In this document: positions 1 through 12,207 of the stretch, piece by piece | Position numbering within the stretch: position 1 is the stretch's first letter | Layout: each line of letters opens with the position of its first letter | NCBI GenBank assembly: GCA_023920165.1 | Contig: CP089274.1 | Coordinates: forward strand, 2,232,001-2,296,000 | Reading direction: 5' to 3' | Source: Curvularia clavata | Taxonomy: Eukaryota | DNA: 64,000 nt | The notes under the pieces: generated by a model | What the model was told of the DNA's origin: nothing | Database searches by the model: none | Seen by the model: the letters and a program-made list of their open reading frames with translations, nothing else | Translations under genes and position numbers: made by a program

Positions 1-613
1 AACGACGATGTTATTCTCGAAGCCGCTAGGGAGCTCTGCCGCCAGCTACAAAAACAGCATTACTATACCGACACACAGAAGTTCGATATCAAGTGCAACA
101 CGTGTGGGTGGAAGGGCGCCGGAGAACGAGGGGCGATTCAGCATGCAACAGAGACTGGGCATAGCGATTTTGGTGAGGCAGACTAAGCACGCCACCATAA
201 TTGTTACCCAACCTGTTGGAAAGGGCACATATGTTGTTATTGGGATAGTGTAGATATTGAATTACCTAGAATATACCCTCCCGGTGGATGTCTGTGACAT
301 TCTCCATTCAGTTGGTTATTTTAATTCACCTACCACCACCAGAACTCCTAGAAAGCTCCAAGCAGGGCAACAGCTCAGTTACCATCATATGAACACATCC
401 AGTCATTTCGAAAAAAGAGAAACACAGCACATGGAAGGATTGGGCCTACAATGATACAACCGTCAATTCATCTCTCAGTAGCTACGCTTAGCGCTGATAT
501 CTCAAATCACAAAAGAACGCCATTATGCTCTAGACCCATGATGTGTTACACTAAACTTTCACACGCTGCCAAGAACTCCAAGCCAAACTCTGATAATGTA
601 AAAGTTGGGTACT

Positions 614-2182
614 CTAGAAGGGAAAGCCACCGAAGCCTCCACCAGGGAATCCACCACCCTGCTGGAACTTGAAGCTCGCTCCGCCGGGGAAACCGCCACC
701 CCCTTGCCTGAACATGAATTGCTGGCCACCGAATGGCGATCCTTGGAATGGGTTGCCTTGCTGCTCGTTGCTGTTGGGGTCGTCGCCGCGGTCAAAGCGT
801 GCCTTGAGCTCAGGATCGGAAAGGACTTCATAGGCTTCGTTGACCTCCGCCATCTTCTTCTGTGCTTCTTCGGGCGTCATACCGTTCGACGATGCCTTGT
901 CTGGGTGGAACATCTTACTGCGCTTGCGATAGGCCTTCTTGATTTCGCGCTCATCAGCGTCGCGTGTCACGCCGAGGACCTTGTAGTAGTCCTTTTCCTT
1001 GGAGCGCTTTAGGAGCGTGCGTGCCTTCTGCAACAACTCTTCAAGTTTCTGGTGCTGGTGGTGCTCTTTGGCATGCTCCAAGGTGCGGATGCATTCCTCA
1101 AAGTCGTCGGCGTCCAATTGGCCTTGGGCCTTGAAGATGTGTCCGTGAAGGGAATCGGGGTTGAGTTCCAGGGCTTCCTTACAGTAAGGCGCACCCTTCT
1201 TTAGGTTGTTCATTTCGACATAGGCTTCACAGGTCATCTCGACGAGGTTCCGGTAGAGGCCTTGGGGCGAGTTGGCATAGATGTAGCCTTGCTCCGTGTA
1301 GTCTTTGAAATCTTGTTTAACCTCCTTCAACAAACCAGGCTCTTCGGCACCGCGGTCGATAAGGAGTTTCGAGGCGGTGGCAAATTGGCGCCTTTCGAAG
1401 GACTTGCGTACTTTCTTGATGTCCTTCTCAATGTTCTTTTCCCTCCTACGCAGCTTCATGCATGCCTTGGAGTCTGGGTCTGACTGCAGACATTGGGCGA
1501 CGTGCTTGATTCCCTTTTCGGTTTCGCCAAGGGAGTAAAAGGCCATAGCGGAACTCTGGAGGTAGGGCTGAATGTCTCCCGTATTGATCTGGAGAAGATG
1601 CTGCAGGTCGCTAATGCCCTCAACGACCTCGCCCTTCTCAAAGCGACAGCGTGCCCTTGTCTTGCGGAGATCATATGCGCCATTGGCGACTACGATGGCA
1701 GCCCCGGCATTTGTGATACACGAGTCCCAGTCGCCTTTGTCGGCAGCCTCTTGCGCGATGATAGCAGCAGCCTGAGTTTCCTCTAGCTGTGCGATCTCAT
1801 CGGCCTTGCCCGCTGCCTCGTAGTCCTTGCGCGCTGCAGCCCAGTCGGCCTTCCTTGCCCTTATCTTGGCTCGCTGCACCAGTGCGCCCTCGAAACCAGG
1901 CTTCAACTCCAGAACCTTGTTAAAATCCTGCTCTGCTTGTGAAGTCTTGCCGATTTGGAGGTAAGCGGCGCCGCGCCTAAAGTAGGTGAGGTAGTTGCGC
2001 GGGTCACGGGAGATGGCGATATCGAAATAAGTGAGGGCATCCTGGGTGTTTCCAGTCGCCAGTTGGACAGTGGCGTCCTTGATCAGCTGCGACACAGGTG
2101 TATCCGCAGGAATATCGGCAGCGGACAGAGCGCTTGCGAGCGGGAGCAGGCCCAGGGCCAACGAGGATAGTCTGAGGATCAT
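614..2182 (-). CDS. DNAJC3: ER-lumenal DnaJ/TPR co-chaperone (P58IPK/DNAJC3/Jem1-like)
   Basis: Single-exon 522-aa ORF with an N-terminal signal peptide (MILRLSSLALGLLPLASA), TPR repeats, a C-terminal J domain (KDYYKVLGV...HPDK...AYEVLSD) and a G/F-rich tail. Confidence 0.92.
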   Translation of the reverse strand: MILRLSSLALGLLPLASALSAADIPADTPVSQLIKDATVQLATGNTQDALTYFDIAISRDPRNYLTYFRRGAAYLQIGKTSQAEQDFNKVLELKPGFEGALVQRAKIRARKADWAAARKDYEAAGKADEIAQLEETQAAAIIAQEAADKGDWDSCITNAGAAIVVANGAYDLRKTRARCRFEKGEVVEGISDLQHLLQINTGDIQPYLQSSAMAFYSLGETEKGIKHVAQCLQSDPDSKACMKLRRREKNIEKDIKKVRKSFERRQFATASKLLIDRGAEEPGLLKEVKQDFKDYTEQGYIYANSPQGLYRNLVEMTCEAYVEMNNLKKGAPYCKEALELNPDSLHGHIFKAQGQLDADDFEECIRTLEHAKEHHQHQKLEELLQKARTLLKRSKEKDYYKVLGVTRDADEREIKKAYRKRSKMFHPDKASSNGMTPEEAQKKMAEVNEAYEVLSDPELKARFDRGDDPNSNEQQGNPFQGSPFGGQQFMFRQGGGGFPGGASFKFQQGGGFPGGGFGGFPF

Positions 2183-2575
2183 GATGCGACGTCGATATAG
2201 TGGCGGGTTTGTGGTGAACGAGAGACTGTGGGTAAGGAGAAACGACCCGGTAGAGGCGAGTGTAGTCCGCGCAGGAGAGCCACGACGGGAGCAGACTATC
2301 TGGTCATGAAAGGAAGGACACGGTTGAGCAAAGGGTTTAATATATGTGACTTTGATTTACCGTTCATGCAACTTGTCCTGAAGTCGGCGCGGGCGCCGGG
2401 GCCACCCCGATCTGTGAACCCCAGCCCAGGCACGCGCTAGCAGTGCGTCATGCATGTGAACACCAGCAGGGCTAAGGCCGGCCCTATCTCCATAGTCCGC
2501 CATTTACCTGCGTAGGACCCTTCTGCCCTTGTGTCTGGTCCTCCACAACCTGTATTCGTCTCATATCCTCTAGCA

Positions 2576-4991
2576 ATGTCTTCCATCCGCCTGCGTATCG
2601 ACGGACGGACATTCCGCGACGCCCATAACCGCGAAGTAACACTGCATGGCATCAACTGTGCTGCCGATGCCAAATTCCCTGCGAGCCCCAACCAACCTTC
2701 ACACATAGCCGACAACTTCTTCGACGGAGATAATGTCTCGTTCGTCAACCGACCGTTCTCTTTGGAAGACTCGGCCACACACTTCTCACGGCTGCGGAGT
2801 TGGGGCTACAACACTATACGTTACATCTTTACCTGGGAGGCGATAGAACACGCTGGGCCAGGAAAGTACGATGAGGAGTGGATAGAGCACACCATTGCTG
2901 TGCTGCGAAAGGCCAAAGAGTATGGCTTCTACATCTTCATGGACCCTCATCAGGACGTCGTAGGTAGTATTCCAATGTACTCTGATTACCTTGTTCTAAT
3001 TCGCCGCCCAGTGGTCACGATTCTCTGGAGGTTCTGGTGCACCCATGTGGACTCTCTATGCTTGTGGGCTGGATCCTGAGCACTTTGCTGTCACTGAGGC
3101 TGCCATCGTGCACAACACCTACCCCGACCCTGCGACCTTTCCCAAGATGATCTGGACAACCAACTACACGCGCTTGGCATGTCAAGTCATGTGGACCGTC
3201 TTCTTTGGTGGCAGGGACTTTGCCCCGAAGGCCATCATAGATGGCAAGAATATCCAGGACTACCTGCAGGAGCACTACATTGGCGCATGCGAACATCTTG
3301 CAAAGCGTATAAAGGAAGCTGGTGACCTGTGGCATGACCCAGTCATCGGATGGGAGAGCATGAACGAACCTAACAGAGGCCTCATTAGTTACCAGGATAT
3401 TACCCAGATACCCAGCGAACAAAAGTTACAGAAGGGCACCTCACCGACAGCTTGGCAGGCAATACTTACCGGATCGGGTCGAGCTTGCGAGATCGCCACT
3501 TGGGAGTTTGGTGGCTTGGGGCCTTACAAGAGCGGCTCAGTATTGGTGGATCCAGAGGGCACGTCTGCATGGCTGTCGAAAGATTACGATGACACCAAAT
3601 ACGGCTGGAAACGCGACCCCGGGTGGCGTTTGGGCGAGTGCTTGTGGGCACAGCATGGCGTATGGGACCCAGAGACCGACACAGTCTTGAAAAAGGACTA
3701 TTTTGGAATTGACCCAAAGAATGGCGCTAAAATTGACTATGAGTACTTCACGAATCACTACTGGTTGGCGCATTATCGAGCTTACAGCAAGATGATCAAG
3801 TCAATCTTCCCGGACTCGTTGATGTTCTTCCAGCCTCCAGTACTAGAGATACCCCCAAAGATCAAGGGCACCGAAGATGACGATCCGAACATGATCTTCT
3901 CGCCTCATTTTTACGATGGCATCACTCTTATTACGAAGAAATGGTATGTTTTTGTATGCGCGAAAACGCGACCCCATCTGACAGAAATCAGGAACCGAGT
4001 GTGGAACGTGGATGTCTTTGGCGTGCTACGAGGCAAATATCTAACACCAGCATTCGCGATCAAGGTTGGAGAGACTGCCATTAGAAACTGCTTTTCGCAC
4101 CAGCTCAAGGCGATTCGAGAAGAGGGTACTGAATACATGGGGGTGCATCCTTGCATCTTCACCGAGATTGGCATACCATATGATATGGACGACAAGTACG
4201 CTTATAAGACGGGCAACTACAGCAGTCAGATCGCTGCACTGGACGCCAACCATTTTGCCCTTGAGGATAGCATGGCCAATGGCTTTGCTCTATGGACCTA
4301 TGTTGCCAATGTAAGTTATGTTGTAGGTATGGCTGGTGCAAAACTAACGCGAACGTAGAACTGCCATCTCTGGGGTGATCTGTGGAACGGAGAAGACCTA
4401 TCCATCTATTCACTGGATGACAAGGCGGTGCCGGCGGGCCCCTTCTCACTAGAAGCATCTCGGGCGTCTCTTGACCTAAATTCACCGACATTCTCGCGAG
4501 CACAGTCATCAGACACACTTAGTGTCACACCCAGCAACTTGCAGAAGACCATTTCGACGGAGCAGATGAGTTCAAAGAAGACTGAGGGTGACGTGGCTGG
4601 CCTTCGTGCTGCAGAAGCTTTCATCCGCCCTACTCCTGTTGCGGTTCACGGAGACCTTTCTTCCTACGGATTCGACCTCAGGAACTGTACCTTCAAGCTT
4701 TCGCTCTGCGCACCAAGCTCCACGTCGGAAGATGTACCGACAGTGTGCTACCTACCGGAATTCCATTTCCCGTCAGGCCTGACGACGGTAGAGGTCAGCG
4801 GAGGCAAATGGACTATTACTTCAGAAGAGACGGACGGGGCCTTGCAGCAGATACTGCGGTGGTGGCATGCAGAAGGCGACCAGACAATGACGGTCAAGGG
4901 CGTGGTGCGGAAACCTGGCAGCACGCTGGGCACGGAAGAGGATGAGGGCTACTTGCAGCAGTGCCAGAAACAGGCTTGCACGGTGATGTAA
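2576..4991 (+). CDS. EGH1: GH5 endoglycoceramidase-related protein (EGCrP2/Egh1-type steryl-beta-glucosidase)
   Basis: ATG at 2576. Introns 2960-3011, 3944-3991 and 4311-4358 restore the motifs DPHQDVWSRFSGGSGAP, WESMNEP (acid/base Glu), FTEIGIP (nucleophile) and WGDLWNGEDLSI. The protein ends in CTVM. Confidence 0.88.
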
Positions 4992-5723
4992 GCGACAGGC
5001 ACGGAGGTTGCAATGTCGAAAGATGGTGTTGCGGGGAGTTCTGGCCAATGCGCGAGGACGTAATGTCATGCGATGCTCAGGTCATGCAATGCAATCAGCG
5101 TGGATGCGGCGACGAAGCGATTTTGGCTACGAAGGAATGGGTTGGTCTTTTGTATAGTATCCGGCGTTAGGATGGCATATGGGATTAGGGTAGCGAGTAT
5201 ATATTGTTTGCCAGGCTGCGAGGTCTGTTGTGGATACAATGGGTTTGCTCCCACTGGCGCAAAGCAGCTGACATCGCGTAGACGCGTGCCGTGGCCTTGG
5301 GACAACCAGGCAGCAAGGCGCGTTTGTGGAACCCGGGACGTGAGACGCAGGCCATGCATGTTTATTTTTGCACACAACCAAGACAAGACAGAGACACGAC
5401 TCAACCACCAAAGTCAATGCATCTGGGCCTATTTAGCAGCCGCTACACCGCCATCTGATCCTGAGTGGGTTGTTTGTCCTGGTCCCAGCCGAGCCCGTGG
5501 GCGCCAAAGCTTCTCGAGCCGCAATCCTTGTCCTTCTGCACATCTTCCGCTTTCAGCAACCTCCGCCCGAAACGCCTGCGAGAACCACGAAACCAGCACC
5601 GCTTGACAATTCCCTACGCCAACACCACCACACTACTACCAAGCGCGAGCCTCCCAGCCAGCCACATCTGACATCCAGACGCCACCCGCCATACGCTGCG
5701 GCCCGAGAAGCCCTTTCTCCACA

Positions 5724-8700
5724 ATGAATGCTGGGGTGAACGACCAAGCCCCGCAAACAAGTCTCGCAAATGGCGGCGGCGGAGCGCAACACGACCAAAA
5801 TGCACAGGCAGACCTCTCGCAAGTGCTAGAGGCCCTGCAGGCCATCTACGCCCCGACCTCGAGCAATGATACCCGCCGACAGGCAACCGAATACCTCGAG
5901 CAAGCAAAGCGTCACCCCGAAGCTCCGTCCCATGGCCACACGCTCGCCCTCGACCGCTCACAGCCCGCACAACTGCGCTACTATGGCCTGACCATGCTTG
6001 AGCATTCCATCAAGTACGGATGGGAGGACTATACCGTCGACCAAGGCGCCGCGCTGAGAAGATACGCAGTCGAGCTTGCGCAGAACGTAGTCGAGACCGA
6101 CCCCGTCTACATTCGCAACAAGATTGCTCAACTCTGGACCGAGATTGCCAAGCGCAGTTGGGGTGCCGAGTGGCTAGACATGGACGAGCAGCTAGTAGCC
6201 CTCTGGACAAACTCATTACACCACCAGGCCATAGTTCTCTATGTTCTCGAAACACTCTCCGAAGAGGTTTTCAACCGCGAAGATGCTACGGCGGGTCTAC
6301 GAGGCAGCGACCTAGGACGTGCCTGTGTCGAGATCTTCACGCCTCACATCGTCATACAAGAGCAACTCCCTACCAGAGAAAAAGGGCTGGATTTACGGTG
6401 CGGTGACCAGGGCTGGCTGACGAGGCTGTGCGAAAATCTGGGTTGGTGTTTAGGACAGGACTATCAGAACCAGGAAGATATCAGAGCTAGCGCTGTCAAG
6501 TCCATGCATGCTCTTAGAGCAGCCATGCCGTGGGTCATGCCAAAAGCCATTGCAGCAACCCAGGTCATTGAGGCAGTCTGCAAGGCCCTGGCTACTCCAG
6601 CCGTCGAGATGCAAATCGTATGGTGACCCCAATCCAACACTGCGAGACTACCGCTAACAAACCCCAGGCCGCAGTCGAGACTCTACAGGCTATCTACAAC
6701 CGAACACACCTACACGATGACGAGTTTGTGGAGCTGGTGTGTCCCATGTACACACCGGGCAGCGTTTCGCTCCTACGGGAAGTATACAATTGGACACTCG
6801 TGGATATGGACGTCAATGACATCGATGATCAGAAATACATGCTTTGCAAGAGGCTGTCTGAGGTAGGCAATCCTTTTCCTCGCCAATGCTTTAATCTCAT
6901 GGCTAACAACCGCAGTTGGCAAACAACCTTGGCCTGTTCATCGAACAAAAACCCCAGTCGATCCCAGACAGCAGCGATCTCGCTGGCATGTTTGGCTTTC
7001 TCTACGACATCATGCGCCACCCAAGTCTTGTCGTCTCGATACCTGTCCTTCATTGCTGGACCAAGCTACTGCGATCAAGCGTTGTGCGCGAGTCTGACGT
7101 CGTGAATTCCATGGTTGGAGGTTTGCTCGAGACGTGTTGTGCCCGACTGATCCGTTACGAAGCGCTGCCTGAAGATACCGAAGACGTGACGCTGCAATTC
7201 TTGAATGAAGACATTGACACCATCCCTGAACGGCATGCCTTCCTGGGCAACTACCGGAGATTCTGCGCAGATGTAATCGAGGTCCTTGTGCGCAAGACGC
7301 CAATCGAGGCCATGGAACATATCCTCGCTCAAGCAACCAACATGCTGCAGAACCTCTACCGCGACCAGCCTCCATTCCAGCCACAGACGTTTAGCAAGAA
7401 CTCGTCGCAGGCTCTCCAGGTCGATGCGCAGGTCACCGTCATTGAGGCCGCACTCAAAGGCTACATGAAGTGGCAGCAAGGCCAAGGCGACGATGCACAA
7501 GGCGACGAGCGAACCCGCAATGTCCTAGAAGACTCGCTCGAGCAGTGGGGCCGACAGATCCTGAACGCGAGATTCGATGACCCTGAAGTCGCAAGAAAAA
7601 TCATATCACTCATGGCAACTCTTGCTACCAAATCATTGGGCGACAGGCCTGGTTTTGCACTAACCTTCCTTGAGTACATGCTTACCATACGCCTAGCAGA
7701 TGATGCAAACTACCCACAGTACTCGGAAGCAGTAAAGGACCTGGAGCGCATATGCAGCTTGGAGATGCAGAAACTAGCCATGAAGTTCGCCGATGATTTT
7801 ATGAACGTCTACGAGCAATTAGAAGCAAAGATCAATGAGATGATCAGTGACCCCACGACTGACGAGCGCCAACGAATGGCATACTCTGCTTTCCTTTTCA
7901 TCATCATACACAGATGCACAACATTAGACCGCACCACTCAGAAGGAGCGCATGAGACAGATGCTCAACCGCGTCAAAGAGGCATGGCAAAATGACGAGCT
8001 TACCAAAGCCATTTCTTCGTTCCATTCTTTCTGCGATGTCTTGGGCATGGGTCAATTGCCTCAATTTCTGTCTGCGAATAACTTCAGCAGCGTACAGGAT
8101 TGGTCTGAGCAGCAATTGCCCGCCGAAGGTCAAGCATTACAAGCTTCCGTCCTTGAGCGGTCTCAACAACTGCCGCTGCGACTCACCAAGACACTACTTG
8201 CAGCTTCCACAGAGAAGCTACGCGACGGCACTGCTGCTTATGAGACTGCTGCAGAATTATGGGCAGAGACGATACCTGTGCTACTTCCCAATCTTCTTCA
8301 ACTTGTGAGCCATGCGCAAGCATTTAACGACATTGACAGCAACTGGTCACACCTGCCAATTGAACTGCAGCAGGTCATCAAACGTGTCCTCACTGATCGG
8401 TTCTGGCAGGCTGGCATCTCCACAGAAAGCCGGGATGACTTCTTCGCCAGGGTCAGCGGCTCCAAGTCTACCTACGAAGGTTTCGCATCGACAATTCGAG
8501 GCACTGTCCGCCAGATTAGGGAGAGTTCCTACTACATTCTCTACTCGTTGACAAGGTTCCGAGACTTCTTCTACGGTATACAAGACTTACCAGAACCACT
8601 CAGCCAAGCCCTCTTTGCGCACGCTGGTGCCTTGACTGCTCATCATCTGTCTGTTTTACTGACAGTTTCCACGCACCTCATTGAAGGATGCCCATCGCAA

Positions 8701-9657
8701 TTACGGTCACGGTTCCTGCCTCCCATGATTCAGGGGCTTTTCAGGGAACTAGATCGTAAGATATCTGGAGAATGGAATGAGATTGCTCGACAAGTCGCCG
8801 AATCGGGCGACAACGACAATTTAACAGACGAGATGAAGACTGAGAGCATTCTTCGTCAACTTACATACTCTTCAGTCTCGCTTGTCGCCGTCCTGCTCGA
8901 TTCGAGGCAGGGTAAGTTGAAAATTTCTTTTCGAGTGGCAACCCCTGGAATAAAAATACCCGGTAGTACTACTGCTGCTGCTCTCTATTTTCCATCACAA
9001 AAAGCACACAAGTTAACATATATTGTAGAGTTTGCTCGGAACGACGAGCAAAGCCGCAAGGAAGCCAATGCCCCGCCCATGTGCGACTTCATTCTTGCCA
9101 CACCCTCAGTTTTGGAGCCCATTCTCCTCTTCTGCAACTCGACCATTCGCGTAAGGGATACTCGATCTGTCATTACGATTGTGCGCGTCATGCGGACCCT
9201 GCTTCCGCGCTTCAAAGAGAAGTCTCCGATCCGCGACTACTTCTGCAATGACATCCTTAAGTCCGCCATCACCTCGCTACACGAACCCTACTTTGTCGAT
9301 TGCCAAAAGGAGCTTGCATCTCTGATTGCTGGTATCATCCATCTCGACAACGAGATCCCGCGATCCATCATCCTATCACTACCTGGCATGGGTGATGAAG
9401 CTCGCGTTGACCGCCGGCTTGCAAAGCTTCAGAGTGCAAATCGCCAGGACGAGAGGATGCAAAGGAGCATCGTTTTGGACCTTCTCAGCAGCATCAAGGG
9501 CGTGAGCATTCACGAGCAAGGCAAGATTCAGCGACCAAAGACGAAGACGAGGACGGCTATGATGGAGCAGTATATGACTGTTGATCAGCAGCCGGCTATT
9601 GTTCGTGGTACGAGCCCGGGCTTGGCAGGCGTGGCGGACATGTTTGGAGGACAGTAA
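5724..9657 (+). CDS. MSN5: Exportin-5/Msn5 karyopherin
   Basis: Importin-beta/Xpo1-type N-terminus (ALQAIYAPTSSNDTRRQATEYLE; EIAKRSW) and the Msn5-like motif DRFWQAGISTESRDDF. Introns near 6618-6667, 6863-6915 and 8912-9028. Confidence 0.88.
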
Positions 9658-10300
9658 GGGAGAGAGCGGTAATGCTGGCGATCGATGGAAAAATAAGATA
9701 CCATAATCGGGTGACGGGTGGATTGATACCATGGGACGGGTGGGCAGTCGGAAAGTGGTGGCACGGGTATGCATAGCATGGATGTTTGTTTTACTGTGCT
9801 CGATATCATAGGTTCATTGTGTGTTTTGATATACCGCAAGGGTATATTTCATAAGATGCAATTTTGGCTGAAATTGCGTACAAAAGGAGCTTTTTCTGGG
9901 ACTACTACTGTGCTTGATAGCTTGTGGGTCTCATTGCGATTCCTAGAGTTGATTTGTCATGAGCACGCTGATTTTCATATGAAATAAATACGCTGTATCG
10001 TGTCATCCGAAAACGTCTTTACTATATCTTTTGTGATGCCTCGGCGCTCATAGGAGGTAGCGAAGACGCGCATGGTATCGGAACAATCGGAATACTCAAT
10101 GCGGCTATTGCAGGATCTCGGAACGACGCCCGACACTGCATGATCCCACTTCCAGTAACCAATATCAGGACAAAGATATCTAAAGCTTCCTCTTGGAAAA
10201 TAATCGTAACCTGTCCATCCATTCCTCGCCAACGTTTCGTTTTAACAACACGACTCAATTCACCACCAACGAAGCACATTCAACTACAACCAACATCACA

Positions 10301-11248
10301 ATGGCGCCTCCACCAACACCAGGCGTCTGGTGCCCCGCAGTAACCTTCTACACACCGGACAGCGAGACTGCAACCTTGGATCTCGTTGCCCAGAAAAAAT
10401 ACTTCAGCTACCTCTCCAAATCCGGTCTCACAGGCCTCGTCATTCTCGGCTCTAACGCCGAAGCATTTCTCCTCACCCGCGACGAGAAGCGGGCACTCAT
10501 GAAATGCGCCCGCGAAGCCGTTGGGCCTGATTATCCCCTCATAGTCGGTATTTCAGGCTTTTCCGTACCACAGGTTATGGAGAATATCAGCGACGCAATC
10601 GAAGCTGGGGCAAACTACGGACTGCTGCTACCAGCAGCATACTACGGGCCCGCGACGTCGAAGGAAGTTGTCATGGCGTTTTACGATGAAGTAGCGCAAA
10701 AGAGCGCGTTGCCAATCGTCATTTACAATTTCCCTGGCATCTGCAGCGGCGTAGACCTCGACTCGGTCACTATTGCTGCACTGGCAAAACGCAACCCAGG
10801 GAAGATTGTGGGCGTGAAGTTGACGTGTGGGAGTGTGGCGAAGATTACCAGGCTCTGTGCCGAACTGCCGAGTGATGCTTTTTCAACATTTGCTGGACAG
10901 GCGGATTGGATGGTTGCTGGGTTGGCGGTAGGAAGCGCGGGATGCGTGTCTGCGTTCAGCAATGTTTTTCCAAAGGTTTGCTCGAAGGTGTATGAGCTTT
11001 ATACGAGTGGCAAGACAAAGGAGGCGCTGGAGCTACAGCGTAAGGCGGCACTTGCAGAAAGCCCGATCAAGGCGGGAATTGCACCGACGAAGTACGCGGT
11101 TGGTCAGTATAGTGCAAAGGCCGCCGGCATTGAAGGTGCAGAGGAGAGGCTGAATCCAAGAAGGCCTTATATGCCGGTTGGTGAAGCACTCAAGACGACT
11201 GTTAGCGACACCATGGGGGAATTGGCTGCGATTGAGAATAGCCTGTAG
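10301..11248 (+). CDS. DHDPS/NAL-family aldolase (L-threo-3-deoxy-hexylosonate aldolase LGA1/GaaC-like)
   Basis: Single exon from ATG 10301 (cacaATGG). Motifs LGSNAEA, VIYNFP (catalytic Tyr) and GVKLT (Schiff-base Lys). The substrate cannot be determined from sequence. Confidence 0.85.
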   Translation: MAPPPTPGVWCPAVTFYTPDSETATLDLVAQKKYFSYLSKSGLTGLVILGSNAEAFLLTRDEKRALMKCAREAVGPDYPLIVGISGFSVPQVMENISDAIEAGANYGLLLPAAYYGPATSKEVVMAFYDEVAQKSALPIVIYNFPGICSGVDLDSVTIAALAKRNPGKIVGVKLTCGSVAKITRLCAELPSDAFSTFAGQADWMVAGLAVGSAGCVSAFSNVFPKVCSKVYELYTSGKTKEALELQRKAALAESPIKAGIAPTKYAVGQYSAKAAGIEGAEERLNPRRPYMPVGEALKTTVSDTMGELAAIENSL

Positions 11249-11444
11249 ACAGATTTCACTTTTACAATTGCACACTTGTCGATAGCTATGTCCTGACTCC
11301 AGGTTATCATATACATGTGTCGACAAGGGCGTGATGTCTACAGTCCATGCAGACCCTGGAATTCCTTAGCGCCGCACGTGCCCTATCGATAACCCAGCAT
11401 TCACGTCTCGAACTTTTTCCCTTGCCAACTTTATCATACAAAAA

Positions 11445-12050
11445 ATGGCGGCGCAAAGAGGAGCAAGCGGTGTTGAGAAGAAGAAGCGATCAAAGAAGAG
11501 GGGAAAGAGAACAGAGGGTACATATACCATACAAAAGTTAGAGAAAAACGCGTTCCAACTGACATTTTCACAGTCTCGTCGTCCAGCGAAAGTGACAGCG
11601 ATGTTCCTAACAAAAAGGTGATTGCGGTAGAATCCGAGTCCAGTGTAAGTCTTGTCCAATCCAAAGGAGCGAAGAAAAAGAAATTGGGGTTGACATTTGC
11701 CAAAGGATTCATCACCAGACCCAGCACCTGCTAAGAAAGAAAAGAAGAAAAAGGCTAAAGCAGACACTGCGCCAGATGAGGATGTGAACATGGAGGACGC
11801 GCCAGCGTCGCCGGACTCGCCACCGCCAGCTAAGTCAGCTACGAAAAGTAGCAAGCAGGCTCAAGAGGAGTTTGGTCCGCTTTATCTGCGCAAGATTGCC
11901 GCAGAGTTCGCGGATGATCTTGACAAGGTGCGCGAGGCGCAGGACTTCAAGGCGAGTAGCGTGCCGATGCTTATTCACGCATTGAAGCAGGGCGAAAGTC
12001 TATTTACGCCTGAAGAGAAGAGGAGGGTGGTTGGAGCTGCGAACGCGTAG
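11445..12050 (+). CDS. RSA3: Ribosome assembly protein 3
   Basis: Basic N-terminus (KKKRSKKRGKRTE|VSSSSESDSD) across two introns (~11518-11573, ~11645-11705). C-terminal Rsa3 motif YLRKIAAEFADDLDKVREAQDFKASSVPMLIHALKQG. Confidence 0.8.
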
Positions 12051-12207
12051 ACGAGAGGCATTTAGAGCATGGTAGGAGTTTTTGGAGTTGGGAAACGTGT
12101 ATCTTGAATTTTTGCTTTCATGAATGAGAGCTGCTGTCAGATTATACCAAATCGCTTTGCTGGCTCTCTAATCCAAAACGCCGTGTTATGCTCTGCCAAT
12201 TCAATGC

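Noticed and set aside
5073..5606. 177-aa ORF between the GH5 and MSN5 genes
   Set aside because: Arg/Cys-rich composition that does not look like a protein. It spans a 3' UTR and a promoter.
10193..10300. TTG-initiated extension of the aldolase (likewise GTG 2531 for the GH5)
   Set aside because: Typical CA-rich or CT-rich 5' UTR, poor start context and no targeting features.
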